DNA from: Polyangiaceae bacterium
GTDB lineage: Bacteria; Myxococcota_A; Polyangia; Polyangiales; Polyangiaceae
NCBI GenBank assembly: GCA_044376115.1
Contig: JBILLK010000030.1
Span: 32,001-96,000 of the forward strand
Reading direction: 5' to 3'
DNA length: 64,000 nucleotides
The translations under genes were made by a program, and so were the position numbers. Below the pieces are notes generated by a model. It was not told the origin of the DNA. It did no database searches and saw only the letters and a list, made by a program, of their open reading frames with translations. Shown here in pieces: positions 47,914 through 57,751 of this stretch (the stretch's first letter is position 1; each line of letters begins with the position of its first letter).

Positions 47914-47994
47914 GTCGATCCCCTTTCAAGCCACAACAATGTGGCCCTGGCACGCTAGGCGGCCGCGCGCCCCGAGCCAAGGGCAGATCCGTGC

Positions 47995-48777
47995 TCAGTC
48001 GCCCTGGCAGACCCCGAACTGACCGCTCGAAGGCGCGAGGCTGTTCTCGGCGAAGGGGACGGCTTCGTCCTCGATCACTTGCCCGAACACGTCGGTCACG
48101 CGCAGCGCGTAAGGGCCGTCACCGAGCCCGCTATCCGTAACGAAGTAGTTGTAGTCGAGCCGCTGGATAGCATTGTAGTTGCCCGCCGCGTCGCGCGCTT
48201 CGAGCGAGGCGATCGCGTAGGTATGGTTGCGCAGTTGGATCGCCGTCCAAAACGGGTTCGACCCCTCTTTAAAGTGGTATTGCATCGGCCCTTGTACGTC
48301 GCAAGCGACGTAGCGCCAGGAGATGTCGACCCGACCTTGCTCGAGAGGCGCAATGAGCGCGAACGCCTCCGGGCTCAGATCGATGTCGCCCTGCGGGCAC
48401 TCGGGGCAACGGTCCACGATGCGCACCTCGATCATTCCGTTCGGCCCGGTGACCTCCACACACGCGCCGCAGCTGGCGCTGCCGGCGTAGTCGGTCTGGT
48501 TCATCGCGCCGACCATGAGATCGTCGGGCGTCGCAGGGAAGCTGCAGTTCCCGCTGCCATCGGCGAAGTCGTAGAACGTCGCTTCGCCCTGGTGGAGCGT
48601 CAGGTCGGCGTCGCAGTTGGGGTTCAACGGGGCGCCCCCCGTGCCGGGGCCGCTCGAGGTTGGGCCCGCGCCCGCGCCCCCACCTCCACCTCCATCCGCG
48701 CTCCCGCCGGAACCAGAAACCGCGTCCCCGCAGCCAGCCAACGCAACCACGACGAAACAAGAAGCTAGCGATCGCAC
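47995..48777 (-). CDS. Expansin-like (EXLX1 family) lipoprotein: DPBB + CBM63
   Basis: GEATFY...GNCS, AMN..DY....CGACVEV.GP.G.I.V.IVDRCPEC..GDIDLSPEAF, FKEGSNPFW.AIQLRNH, DYNYF. GTG start after agga. Confidence 0.92.
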   Translation of the reverse strand: MRSLASCFVVVALAGCGDAVSGSGGSADGGGGGGAGAGPTSSGPGTGGAPLNPNCDADLTLHQGEATFYDFADGSGNCSFPATPDDLMVGAMNQTDYAGSASCGACVEVTGPNGMIEVRIVDRCPECPQGDIDLSPEAFALIAPLEQGRVDISWRYVACDVQGPMQYHFKEGSNPFWTAIQLRNHTYAIASLEARDAAGNYNAIQRLDYNYFVTDSGLGDGPYALRVTDVFGQVIEDEAVPFAENSLAPSSGQFGVCQGD

Positions 48778-48853
48778 TTCCTGAGCGTAGCGGAAGAGGG
48801 CGTTTGCGGATTGAGCAGAATGGGCCTTCCCGCAGGGGCGCCCGCTTCGACAC

Positions 48854-50317
48854 TCACTCGCTAGCGCCAACCGCACGAATGAGGCGTAGCGCCGTGTTGA
48901 AGGGCGCGCCGAAGCGCTTCTTGGCGTGGCTGACCAACGTCTTTTGGGAGGCCACATTGTGAAACATGCTGTCGCCAAAGGGCATCTCGAGCAGGACGAG
49001 CGGCAGTACCCACGGGGCTGCCGGGTCGTCGGCGACGAGATCGAGCAGCTCCTCATACGAGAGGAGCATGCCGTTCGGGTTTCGGCCGAAGTGCGTCAAG
49101 CGTAAGGCAAAGACGTGCGCAGCGAGCCCCGCTCCACCCTCGCGGATCAGGCGAGCGCGCTCGTCGAGCCGCGCCTGGTAGTCGAGATCCGTGGCCAGGA
49201 TGGAGAAAAGGTCTGCAGATGCGAGCCGCATTTTGCTCGCTGTGGGAGCGCTCTCGCGGGCAACGCGCAGATCGCGAAGCGCCTGCAAGCGCGGGTCGTC
49301 GAGCACACGAAGCAGCCCCTGGCAGGCGCTTTTGACGGCTGCCTTGCGCGATTTGGCTCCCTCGCTGAGGGCTGGTCGAGCGCGTTGCTCCAGCATCGCG
49401 AGCGCCCCGATCGCAGCGCCGCGCAGCACGGCCGAACTCTTGCCCGTCCAGCTGACCAGCTCCTGCGCGGCCTCCTCGGCTTGCAACATCCCGAGCGCAC
49501 TCAATGCGATTCGCGACGAGCGTGGACGCGGGCTCTTCTGCCGAAGCATCGACAAGAGTCGAGGCACGAGGTCGAGGCCGCGATCGGCGACCGCCCGGGC
49601 ATAGCCGAAGAGCTGGCTCTCGACTTCCGCGGACCAGCCGCTCTCAGCTTGCTCAAAGAGCTGATCGAGCTCGGGAATGGCTGGCGCCGGCGGAACCGGG
49701 CGTCGGACGGCAATCCGATTCGGTTCGACCCCGCGAAGCACGATGCAATGCCGACAGATCAAGTACACGGGCTTAGCGCTCGCGATGGCCGCACGAAGCG
49801 CGAGCAAGCCGACACCTGTTAGCTCTTCGAGCAACCTCCAGGGGTCACGTCGATGCAGCTGCTTGGCGGCGACGTCCGGCGCTCGCTCGAAGTCGTTCTC
49901 ATCGCGACAAATGACCTTAAAGTCCTCTTGGACCATCAACACTCGGTCGAACGCAGGCCGCTTTTGGTCGTGCTCGATATGCACATAGGACGTCAGGTCG
50001 CCGATGCGCTCGACGAGGTGTTCGCCCTCGATCCATTGGCGCGACTCAGGACTACCGCCGTAGAAGACGACATGCCATCCAGGAATCTCCGCTACCCAAC
50101 TCCAAAGCTCATCCGGCAGCTCGGAGTGCTCGAGCGCCGGCCGCGCAAAATCGATCAGCGCCGCGAGCACCTTTTCGATCGGGGTATCGGTCCGGACCAA
50201 CAAGGCGTCGAAGCGGCCCGCACTCGTCTGACTTCCTGGGCCGTTCCGGGCCAGCTTCGCTTCGAAGACGTCGGCCTGTTCACGCGCGCGTTCCCGGTAT
50301 GTCGCCTCGGCGTTCAC
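48854..50317 (-). CDS. Hypothetical protein with HEAT-like repeats
   Basis: RIALSALGML, LRGAAIGALAML, ARPAL units. GTG start estimated. Confidence 0.6.
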   Translation of the reverse strand: MNAEATYRERAREQADVFEAKLARNGPGSQTSAGRFDALLVRTDTPIEKVLAALIDFARPALEHSELPDELWSWVAEIPGWHVVFYGGSPESRQWIEGEHLVERIGDLTSYVHIEHDQKRPAFDRVLMVQEDFKVICRDENDFERAPDVAAKQLHRRDPWRLLEELTGVGLLALRAAIASAKPVYLICRHCIVLRGVEPNRIAVRRPVPPAPAIPELDQLFEQAESGWSAEVESQLFGYARAVADRGLDLVPRLLSMLRQKSPRPRSSRIALSALGMLQAEEAAQELVSWTGKSSAVLRGAAIGALAMLEQRARPALSEGAKSRKAAVKSACQGLLRVLDDPRLQALRDLRVARESAPTASKMRLASADLFSILATDLDYQARLDERARLIREGGAGLAAHVFALRLTHFGRNPNGMLLSYEELLDLVADDPAAPWVLPLVLLEMPFGDSMFHNVASQKTLVSHAKKRFGAPFNTALRLIRAVGASE

Positions 50318-50584
50318 CTGACCTTGGTAACACGATGGATGGGCTAAGGACCAACCCAGCCCTCGAGGCTCAAGGCGACGTCTGCGTGGTACCAATACCC
50401 TCCCGATGCCTGGCTGGTCGCGGGGCCCTCGTTGCCAAGCCCAAATCGGTTCGCGACCGAAACGTCACTGAAGCCAAAGGCTGCGCCGGAGGCGTACCAA
50501 AGAGCGAGCGACATGTCGCCCGACTGAGGATAGTCGTTTTGGTAATAGGAGGCTTCGTCGTGGAACTGAATCACCGAACATTGG

Positions 50585-51127
50585 TTGGCCTGGTCTGAGA
50601 ATGGTAGTGTTGCGTATGCTTCGCTTCGCTGGGTTTCCTTGCTGCTGCTCGCGGGCTGCCCACTGCTGGTCTCAGAGGCTCCGAGTGAGGTCGTTGACGA
50701 TGGCAGCTCGAGCTCTACGGGCTCATCGGCGACCCGCTATCGTTGCAACGAGACGGTCTATACCTGCGACTGCGTGGTCGACGCGGCCGGATCGGAAACC
50801 TCGCCGTATTGCTTCCCCAACGACTCGTCTGCCGCCTCGATCTATTGTTGCGCTTCCCCAGCTTGGCCGAATGAAGGGCAGTGCTACTGCGTCACCATGG
50901 CTTGTACCAGCGTGGCGAACGACCGCTGCGAGTGCAGGGCGCAAAGCAATGAGGGCTCGGACTCTTGCTCCGCAAGTGGGAACTCCTGTCAGACCGATTG
51001 GGGCTGTTATGACGTTGGTTCGGCCAACAACTGTCCAGAGGGTGGAACGCACCGAGACGCGCCCTGTGCCATCGACGCTTTGAGTTGCCCAGATGGCCGC
51101 CTGAACGTTTTTCGCTGCGGCGAGTAG
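50585..51127 (+). CDS. Cys-rich lipoprotein
   Basis: LLLLAGC lipobox, Ser linker, dense Cys. Start uncertain. Confidence 0.6.
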   Translation: MAWSENGSVAYASLRWVSLLLLAGCPLLVSEAPSEVVDDGSSSSTGSSATRYRCNETVYTCDCVVDAAGSETSPYCFPNDSSAASIYCCASPAWPNEGQCYCVTMACTSVANDRCECRAQSNEGSDSCSASGNSCQTDWGCYDVGSANNCPEGGTHRDAPCAIDALSCPDGRLNVFRCGE

Positions 51128-51159
51128 CGTCCGCCGCGCTATTGTCCAATCGCTAATGG

Positions 51160-52629
51160 TCAATCTCGAGTCGCTGCTGCCTCGCGGTCCTTCAACTTAG
51201 TGCTCTTGGGCGGCTTGGCCTCCACAGCTGGCTTCTCCGCGATGACTGTCTTCTCCGCCGCGACGGGCGCTTGGGTCTCCTCTTGCGCGGCGGTCGGTGG
51301 CGTCGGGGCGGGTAAAGCGGCGTCCGCGCGAGGGTCGCCTGCGGCGCGGGGACCTGCCCCCCGATTGCGGTGTGCGTTGACGGACGGCTCTGGCGCGGGT
51401 TCCAAGTCCTCGAGTTTGAGCGCCACAGGGGCGAGAGTCGCTGATGCGACGGTCGCGGATGGCGCGGCTTGCGTGTCGCTGCTGAGGACGTCATTCGCCG
51501 ATTCCTCGCGTTCCGTCGCTGGGCCCACCCGAGCCGAGGACAGCGCTTTCTGTCCGAAGAATCCGACTCCCAGCAGCATCGAGAGCGCGATCGCCGAGAG
51601 GCCAACCAGCTTGGCCCGACGAGTTTCGACTCGCGCTGGGGCAGCGGTCTCAGCAGCTGCAGCTGCGGCCGCGGCTACCACGGCTTGTTGCGAATAGCCT
51701 GGCGTAAGCGCCTGAGCGGTATCGGCGAAGACCATCGGGGCGTTGGAAACATGCCGTTCGAGATCGTCGAGCAGCTCGTTCATTGAGTGATAGCGATTCC
51801 CCGTGTCCTTCTCGAGCGCTCGCTTGACGACCCGGGTGAGCCGGGCGTCACCGAGTCTCTCGATCGGCTCGAGCTTCACGGGCTCGGTAAGGATGGCTGC
51901 GGTGAGCGAAGCCAACGTCTCACCACGAAACGGCAAGGTGCCTGTGACGAGCTCGAACAGCACGATGCCCAACGACCAAATATCGCTGGCCGCTGCGACC
52001 CCGCGGGTGCTCCGTAGCTGTTCCGGGGACATGTAGTACGGCGTGCCGAGCACGCTGCCGAGCGCGGTGGTAGCAAAGCCATCGCTATCACCAAAAGCGC
52101 GCGCTTTGGCGATACCGAAGTCGAGCACCTTGATGCTGCGTAACAGCGTCCCTGGCGTCTCGCACAAGAACAGATTGGCTGGCTTGATGTCGCGGTGCAC
52201 GATACCGGCGTCATGCGCCAGTTGCAGCGCACGCGCGGCCTGCGCGACATACTCAATGGCCGTCGCAATGGCTAGCGGCCCACCCCGCGAGAGCTCCACC
52301 GCCAGGTCGTGCCCACGCAGCTTCTCCATACACAAGAAGGGCTCACCGCTCTCGAGCGAACCAGCGTCGAGAACGCGCACCACGTGCGCGCTGTCGAGCG
52401 CTGCGGCGGCTCGCCCCTCGCGCAGAAAACGCGCGCGGCCCTCGGCGTCTAGACCGAGGCTGCCTTTGAGCACCTTCACCACCACGCGGTTGGCCAGCAC
52501 GAGATGCGTGCATTCGAGGACGACGCCCATGCCCCCCTCGCCGAGCTTTCGCTCTACGCGGAAGCGCCCAGCCAGCACGGTTCCAGGCGCATAGGGGTCG
52601 CTAGCGTTGCGGACGCGCTGATCGGACAT
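51160..52629 (-). CDS. Ser/Thr protein kinase with TM helix and Pro/Ala tail
   Basis: LGEGGMGVV, VVVK, HRDIKPANLF, LDFGIAK, GTPYYMSPEQ, DIWSLG. Confidence 0.92.
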   Translation of the reverse strand: MSDQRVRNASDPYAPGTVLAGRFRVERKLGEGGMGVVLECTHLVLANRVVVKVLKGSLGLDAEGRARFLREGRAAAALDSAHVVRVLDAGSLESGEPFLCMEKLRGHDLAVELSRGGPLAIATAIEYVAQAARALQLAHDAGIVHRDIKPANLFLCETPGTLLRSIKVLDFGIAKARAFGDSDGFATTALGSVLGTPYYMSPEQLRSTRGVAAASDIWSLGIVLFELVTGTLPFRGETLASLTAAILTEPVKLEPIERLGDARLTRVVKRALEKDTGNRYHSMNELLDDLERHVSNAPMVFADTAQALTPGYSQQAVVAAAAAAAAETAAPARVETRRAKLVGLSAIALSMLLGVGFFGQKALSSARVGPATEREESANDVLSSDTQAAPSATVASATLAPVALKLEDLEPAPEPSVNAHRNRGAGPRAAGDPRADAALPAPTPPTAAQEETQAPVAAEKTVIAEKPAVEAKPPKSTKLKDREAAATRD

Positions 52630-52751
52630 TGCGTGAACTGGTCAGCATGAATCGGGCCAGTCGCTGACGTGGTTCTTCGGCTCTATTTCCCAGCCAGATG
52701 GATCCCGAGAGGCTCACCTGGGTAGCCTGTTTACCATCAGTCAATAGTGCG

Positions 52752-52781
52752 TTGACAGCCTGATAGGCGCCGAATTATGAA
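52752..52781 (+). promoter_or_regulatory. Candidate sigma70-type promoter (possibly leaderless) for the gene at 52788
   Basis: TTGACA (52752-52757) N18 TATGAA (52776-52781); ATG at 52788; overlaps a gtcaa-N7-ttgac inverted repeat. Confidence 0.35.
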
Positions 52782-52787
52782 CGTTGA

Positions 52788-53727
52788 ATGCGCATTGCCC
52801 CTTTGCACCAGGCGACCTGTCAAAGCTCTCAGCGCAGCCGATGCAGGGCCTTGCTCACGGCCTTCGCGTTGGCCGCCAGCGCCCTCGTAGCGCAGAGCGC
52901 CCGCGCAGACAGTGTTGGTCCCGACGTGGTCAACCTCAAGGATGGCGGCTTCATTCGCGGAACCGTAGTGAGCGTTGAACCCGGTAGCCACGTGATGGTC
53001 GTCGAGTACGGCAAAGAAAAGCCGCGTTCGGTCCCGTGGAGTTCCGTCGCGGACGTTCAACGGGGCAAGGCCGCAGGTAAGTCAGAGGAAGCCTCTGCCT
53101 CGGAGAAGGAGGCGGTCCCGCTGCCCGACCTCGAGGAGCCTACTGCGTTGACTCGCAAAGTGTATATCGAGACCGAGGCGGCAGCCGAACTCTACCAAGT
53201 GGTCGGGGGGGGGCAGTATCGCTGTGCCCAATGGCGTAGCTTTCTTCAGCCAAGCAAAGTCGGTCTGCGTAGCTCCCTGTGGCGAGTCCATCGCCCTCGG
53301 GGGTAGTAGCTACTTTTACCTCGCAGGCGAGGGCTTCCCAAGTTCGCGGCACTTCCGGCTGGACCCAGGCAAAGAGCCCATCACAGTCGAGCTGACCGCC
53401 GGCTCAAACAGCGGCTTTGTCGGCGGCATAACGCTGATCTCGTTGGGTGGGGCCTCCATCCTCGGCGGGGGCTCGTTACTGCTAGTGGCTGGGATAGGTG
53501 ATCTCGGCACCGGGATGCTAGTCGGCAGCGGTGTTGGGTTGTCTGTGGGCGTCGCAGCGCTTGCGATCGGTATTCCCCTGCTGGTGGGTAACAGGACGAA
53601 GGTTGAACTGCGCGAAGGGGCTCCCGGCGCACAAGACGACGACGAGCAACAGGCTATCTCGGTTTCCTTCGAGCGCGACCAGCGCCCAAGCGAGCGAGCG
53701 CCGCGCTATTGGCTAGGCGAGTTTTAA
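52788..53727 (+). pseudogene. Exported/membrane hypothetical protein split by a frameshift at a G9 tract (53205-53213)
   Basis: Signal peptide + DVVNLKDGGFIRGTVV domain. With G8 it reads through into GSIAVPNGVAFFSQAKSVCVAPC...Gly-rich hairpin...WLGEF*. Confidence 0.7.
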
Positions 53728-54656
53728 AGTCGCAGTCTGAACCCCGCGCTAAACCCTTGGTGGTCGAAGGAAACTTGCGGCGTCAATTCAACCTCCTCAT
53801 GCGGTAACAGCAAGCCCACCAAGGTGCCAGCGGCACCGAGCGGCAACCCGATCACCGAAACCCACGAGAGTACGAGCGCTGCGTCTTGCGCTCTCGCAGC
53901 CTCATCCCGCTGCTCCGTAGTAAAGCAGATGCCCGTTTCGTAGTTGCAGCCGGCGACGCTCTCATTGAGCACGAGTGACGCTATTCCGGAGGCTGCTGCG
54001 CCCGCTCCAAGCACCATGGAACTACCAATCAAGCCCCAGGCTGCGGTGCTGAGCCTGGTTTCTTTCTCTGGGGGTGCTGGAGCCAGCAGCTGCTCCTGGC
54101 TCTCTCCCGAGGGGGCGATCGTGAAGGCGCGGCGAATCGCCTTTTGGTGACGTGCGGTGGCAATCAGCTCGTGTTCGCCGCCATCGATGGGGCGGGCTAC
54201 GTCCCATTGACTCTCTGGTAACTCGCGGCCGTCGAGCGTGATGCGAACGGCGGCGCGCTTGAGCTCATCACTCGGGCGCACCGTAACGCGGCTCACTTTC
54301 GCTTGGAGCAGCCCTATCTGCTCCTCCGCCAATTCAATGCGATCCTTTCGGCCCTGCTGACGCGCGCGCGCGAGCACGACCTCATAGTGCTGTAACGCTG
54401 TGGCGCTGCGGCCTCTGGCGTCCTCGCAGATAGCGAGGTTCAGCAGCGTGCCGTCGGCTTTCTCGAGCGCGTAGCTCTTCTTCAGCAGCTCGCACGCTCG
54501 AGCATTGTCGCCTTGGTCCATGAGCTCGCGGGCTTCGCGAAACAGCTGATCGGCGGCCTGCTCGGAGCCGGCATCTGCGTACGAGTCACGCGGTGCGAAA
54601 GCAAAACCCGCTGCGAGCAGGTACGCAAAGCTCAGGAGGCGCATCCGCGAGGCCAT
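53724..54656 (-). CDS. TPR + PEGA-like exported protein
   Basis: ADQLFREARELM...ACELLKKSYAL...GTLLNLAICE; ITLDGREL...PIDGGEHELIAT; hydrophobic hairpin. Typical myxobacterial architecture. Confidence 0.8.
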   Translation of the reverse strand: MASRMRLLSFAYLLAAGFAFAPRDSYADAGSEQAADQLFREARELMDQGDNARACELLKKSYALEKADGTLLNLAICEDARGRSATALQHYEVVLARARQQGRKDRIELAEEQIGLLQAKVSRVTVRPSDELKRAAVRITLDGRELPESQWDVARPIDGGEHELIATARHQKAIRRAFTIAPSGESQEQLLAPAPPEKETRLSTAAWGLIGSSMVLGAGAAASGIASLVLNESVAGCNYETGICFTTEQRDEAARAQDAALVLSWVSVIGLPLGAAGTLVGLLLPHEEVELTPQVSFDHQGFSAGFRLRL

Positions 54657-54744
54657 CACGCTGCATCGCCCCCGATCGCGCGGCCGAGCGCGAGCCCTTC
54701 GACGGTGCTGCTCCCGCCGCGCGCATAGGGTAAGGGAAGGACCG

Positions 54745-55971
54745 ATGGATGCGCGCAAAACCGGCTTGATTCGAGAAGGTTGTAGCGGCTTGCGATTTCC
54801 GCTCGTGTCTCTGCTTTGGGCGCTGGTGCCGCTGTCGCTGGCTTGTGGTGAGCCAGCAACTGGAAGTGGCGGTTCGCCGGCGGCTGGCGGTTCTGGCGGC
54901 GTCTCCGGCGAGCCAGCCGGCGGCTTCGCTGGCTCCAGTTCGAGTGGCCTATCGCCTGAGGAGCAATTGCGTGAACGGCTGGCGCCGCTCGCGGAAGAGC
55001 TGGTTCAGGCGCCCTTCGGGACGGCCGCTTCGATCACGGCCATCCGTGGGCCGCTCAGCGTCACGGTGACGAGCGGTACGTTGTGGGACGGCGGTCCCCA
55101 GGCTGATGAGCAAACGTCCTTCAACGTAGCCAGCGTCAGCAAGCTGCTCACGGCGGCGCGCATCGTGAGCTTGGCCAGCGCTAGCAGCTTGGGTCTCGAG
55201 GATCCGCTGTCGCAACATTTGCCAGGCGTTCGGCTGCTGGACGGCGCCGGTCTCGATCAGAGCGGCACCGTGAAACTCCAGGACCTGTTGCAACACCGCA
55301 GCGGCTTGCCGCACCAGCCGGCGGACCTCGTCGAGCAAGCCGGCAATGACTTCTCGAACCCGGCGCTGCTCTCGTCAATGACCGAGGCTTGGGATCTGCA
55401 GCTTGCAGGTCCGCCCGGACAATATCGCTATTCCAATCTTGGTTACGCGCTCCTGGGCGCTATCGTCGAGCAAAACGGCGCCTGCTCTTTTGCAGATTGT
55501 ATGGTTCCGTACTTGAGCGAACTCGAGCTACCGCGCTCGACTTTCTGGCCCGGCGCCCTCGACGAGAACGCTGCGCACGGTCGCGTCGAGGTGGATGGCG
55601 ATGCGGTCTTCAACCAACCCGGCTGGTATTCGAGCCGCTACTTCTTGCCGTTTGGCGGCTTGTGGACCTCGACGGCGGAGCTAGCGAAGTTTGGTGTTGC
55701 TCTCGCTGCGGCAGAGCAAGACCTAGCGGCTCCGCTGCACGCCATGACCGAAGGGCAGGGGCACGGGTTCGGCCCCATTCACGGTGAACGTTTGGGCGCA
55801 CCTACGCTCGAGCACGATGGCAGTGCGCCCGGCTTCTATGCTGCGCTAGTTGTGATTCCCGAGCGGGACATCGTGGTGGCGATCGCAACCAATGGCGGTA
55901 ACGAGGCCGCCGCCGAGATTGAGGCGTTCTCGGCGATCGTCGACGACGTAGTGACGGCCGTACCCGAGTGA
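54745..55971 (+). CDS. Serine hydrolase, beta-lactamase class C/AmpC-like family lipoprotein
   Basis: FNVASVSK (SxxK), LLQHRSGL, YRYSNLGYALLG (YxN), HDG; lipobox LSLAC. Confidence 0.88.
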   Translation: MDARKTGLIREGCSGLRFPLVSLLWALVPLSLACGEPATGSGGSPAAGGSGGVSGEPAGGFAGSSSSGLSPEEQLRERLAPLAEELVQAPFGTAASITAIRGPLSVTVTSGTLWDGGPQADEQTSFNVASVSKLLTAARIVSLASASSLGLEDPLSQHLPGVRLLDGAGLDQSGTVKLQDLLQHRSGLPHQPADLVEQAGNDFSNPALLSSMTEAWDLQLAGPPGQYRYSNLGYALLGAIVEQNGACSFADCMVPYLSELELPRSTFWPGALDENAAHGRVEVDGDAVFNQPGWYSSRYFLPFGGLWTSTAELAKFGVALAAAEQDLAAPLHAMTEGQGHGFGPIHGERLGAPTLEHDGSAPGFYAALVVIPERDIVVAIATNGGNEAAAEIEAFSAIVDDVVTAVPE

Positions 55972-56056
55972 GGTGCGGTTGACCTTTGGTCGACAATAAA
56001 GTTGCAGTATCCGCGGTACTTTCCCGCTTCGGCTAGCGCCCGGTTAACATCTTCGG

Positions 56057-57751
56057 ATGCGCCGAACTCTGCTCTGGCTCATGGGGTTACCGTCTCTTGC
56101 CGCAATGCTTACGAGCTGCGTGGGCCAGCTTGGCTCCGCGGGGAGCGATAGCGAAGAGACGGAGGTATCGAAGGAGAGCTTATGCGTGGTGGATACCCCG
56201 ATAAGGCGGCTCACGCGCTTCGAATACAACAATACCGTGCGTGACCTGCTGGGGGATACCACGTCCCCTGCCAACGTCTTACCGCCGGAAGAAGAAGTGC
56301 ACGGCTTTGACAATCAGGCCGCCGCGCTGACGGTGAGTGAGCTCTTGGCGGAGCAATATCTGAAGGTCGCCGAGGGCGTGAGCGAGCGAGCGACGGCGGA
56401 CCTGAGCGTGCTGCTGCCTAGCTGTGACCCAGTTGCAATGGGGGATGACGCCTGCAGCGCCGAGTTCATCGAGAGCTTCGTCACGCGGGCCTTCCGTCGA
56501 CCGATCACGACCGAGGAACGCGCGCGCTTACAGAGCCTTTTCGATCTTGCGTTGGCCGATCCGGATATGGGCACCTTCCGTGACGGAGCCGCGCTGGTGA
56601 TTCAGGCGGTGCTGCAATCCCCGCACTTTCTGTATCGGCCAGAGTTCGGTGGAGCGACTCCGGTCAACGCTGACGTGGTTCCGCTCGATAGCTGGGAGAT
56701 CGCGACGAAGCTCTCTTACATGTTGTGGAACACCATGCCGGATGACGAGCTATTTGCGGCGGCCGAGGCAGGGGAGCTCGCAACCAAGGAGCAGATCGCG
56801 GCGCAGGCGCAGCGCATGCTGCTCGATGAAAAGGCTGGGGACGCCGTGCGCAACTTCCACCGTCAGTGGCTGCGGCTCGTGCACCTCGACACCGTCAGCA
56901 AAGACACCATCGTCTACCCGACCTACAACGACGGCGTGCGCGACCTGTGGAAGGAAGAGATCGAGCGCTTCATCGAGCACGTGGTGCTGACCGATGATGG
57001 CTCGCTCGGTACGCTGCTGACCGCGCCTTACTCCTTCGCAAACGCCGAGCTGGCCGGGTTTTACGGCGCTAGCGTGGTTGGAGAGGCGCCCCAAACCGAG
57101 GTGTTCGAGCAGGTCGCGATGGACCCTGCTCGCCACGCCGGGCTCTTGACCCAGGGCGCGCTGATGGGCGTGCACGCCGAGGGCAATCAGTCCTCCCCGG
57201 TGTTCCGGGGCAAGTTCGTTCGCGAGCAGCTGTTGTGTCAGACGTTGCCGCTACCGCCGGCGGATCTCGTGATTACGCCGCCCGAACTCGATCCGACCAA
57301 GACCACCCGCGAGCAATACGAGGAGATCGGCGCGAACCCGGATTGCGCCGGCTGTCACAGCTTGATGAATCCGCTCGGTTTTGGCTTCGAAAACTTCGAC
57401 GGTGTTGGGCTTTGGCGTGACACCCAGAACGGTAAGCCGATCGATCCGAGCGGTGAGATCAACAACACCGAATCGCTTAACGGTACCTTCATGGGGCCAG
57501 TGGAATTGGCGAACAAGCTCGCCTCGAGTGAAGAGGTCGCTACCTGCGTGAGCTCGCAGTGGTTCCGCTTCTCGTACAATCGCACCGTCACCTCGGCCGA
57601 CAGTGAAGAGGGTTGCGGGCTCGACGTGGCCAACCAGGCGTTTGCAGACTCCGGATTCAACCTCCGCGAGCTGATCGTCGCGCTCACGCAGACAGACACG
57701 TTTAGACATCGGCATGCGGTGGTGGCAGCGAGTGAAGGAGGTGGCCAATGA
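56057..57751 (+). CDS. DUF1592-family lipoprotein with CxxCH (second copy)
   Basis: Lipobox LTSC; IRRLTRFEYNNTVRDLLG, GFDNQA, AFRRP, LQSPHFLYR, SSPVFRG, CAGCHSLMNPLGFGFENFD. Confidence 0.92.
   Translation: MRRTLLWLMGLPSLAAMLTSCVGQLGSAGSDSEETEVSKESLCVVDTPIRRLTRFEYNNTVRDLLGDTTSPANVLPPEEEVHGFDNQAAALTVSELLAEQYLKVAEGVSERATADLSVLLPSCDPVAMGDDACSAEFIESFVTRAFRRPITTEERARLQSLFDLALADPDMGTFRDGAALVIQAVLQSPHFLYRPEFGGATPVNADVVPLDSWEIATKLSYMLWNTMPDDELFAAAEAGELATKEQIAAQAQRMLLDEKAGDAVRNFHRQWLRLVHLDTVSKDTIVYPTYNDGVRDLWKEEIERFIEHVVLTDDGSLGTLLTAPYSFANAELAGFYGASVVGEAPQTEVFEQVAMDPARHAGLLTQGALMGVHAEGNQSSPVFRGKFVREQLLCQTLPLPPADLVITPPELDPTKTTREQYEEIGANPDCAGCHSLMNPLGFGFENFDGVGLWRDTQNGKPIDPSGEINNTESLNGTFMGPVELANKLASSEEVATCVSSQWFRFSYNRTVTSADSEEGCGLDVANQAFADSGFNLRELIVALTQTDTFRHRHAVVAASEGGGQ

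Noticed and set aside
50344..50574. 76-aa minus-strand ORF (MIQFHDEASYY...)
   Set aside because: Composition is protein-like, but there is no RBS, motif or clear start; it may be a gene fragment and cannot be supported
54745..55971. Calling this an antibiotic-resistance beta-lactamase
   Set aside because: The motifs define only the broad serine hydrolase family, which includes esterases and peptidases
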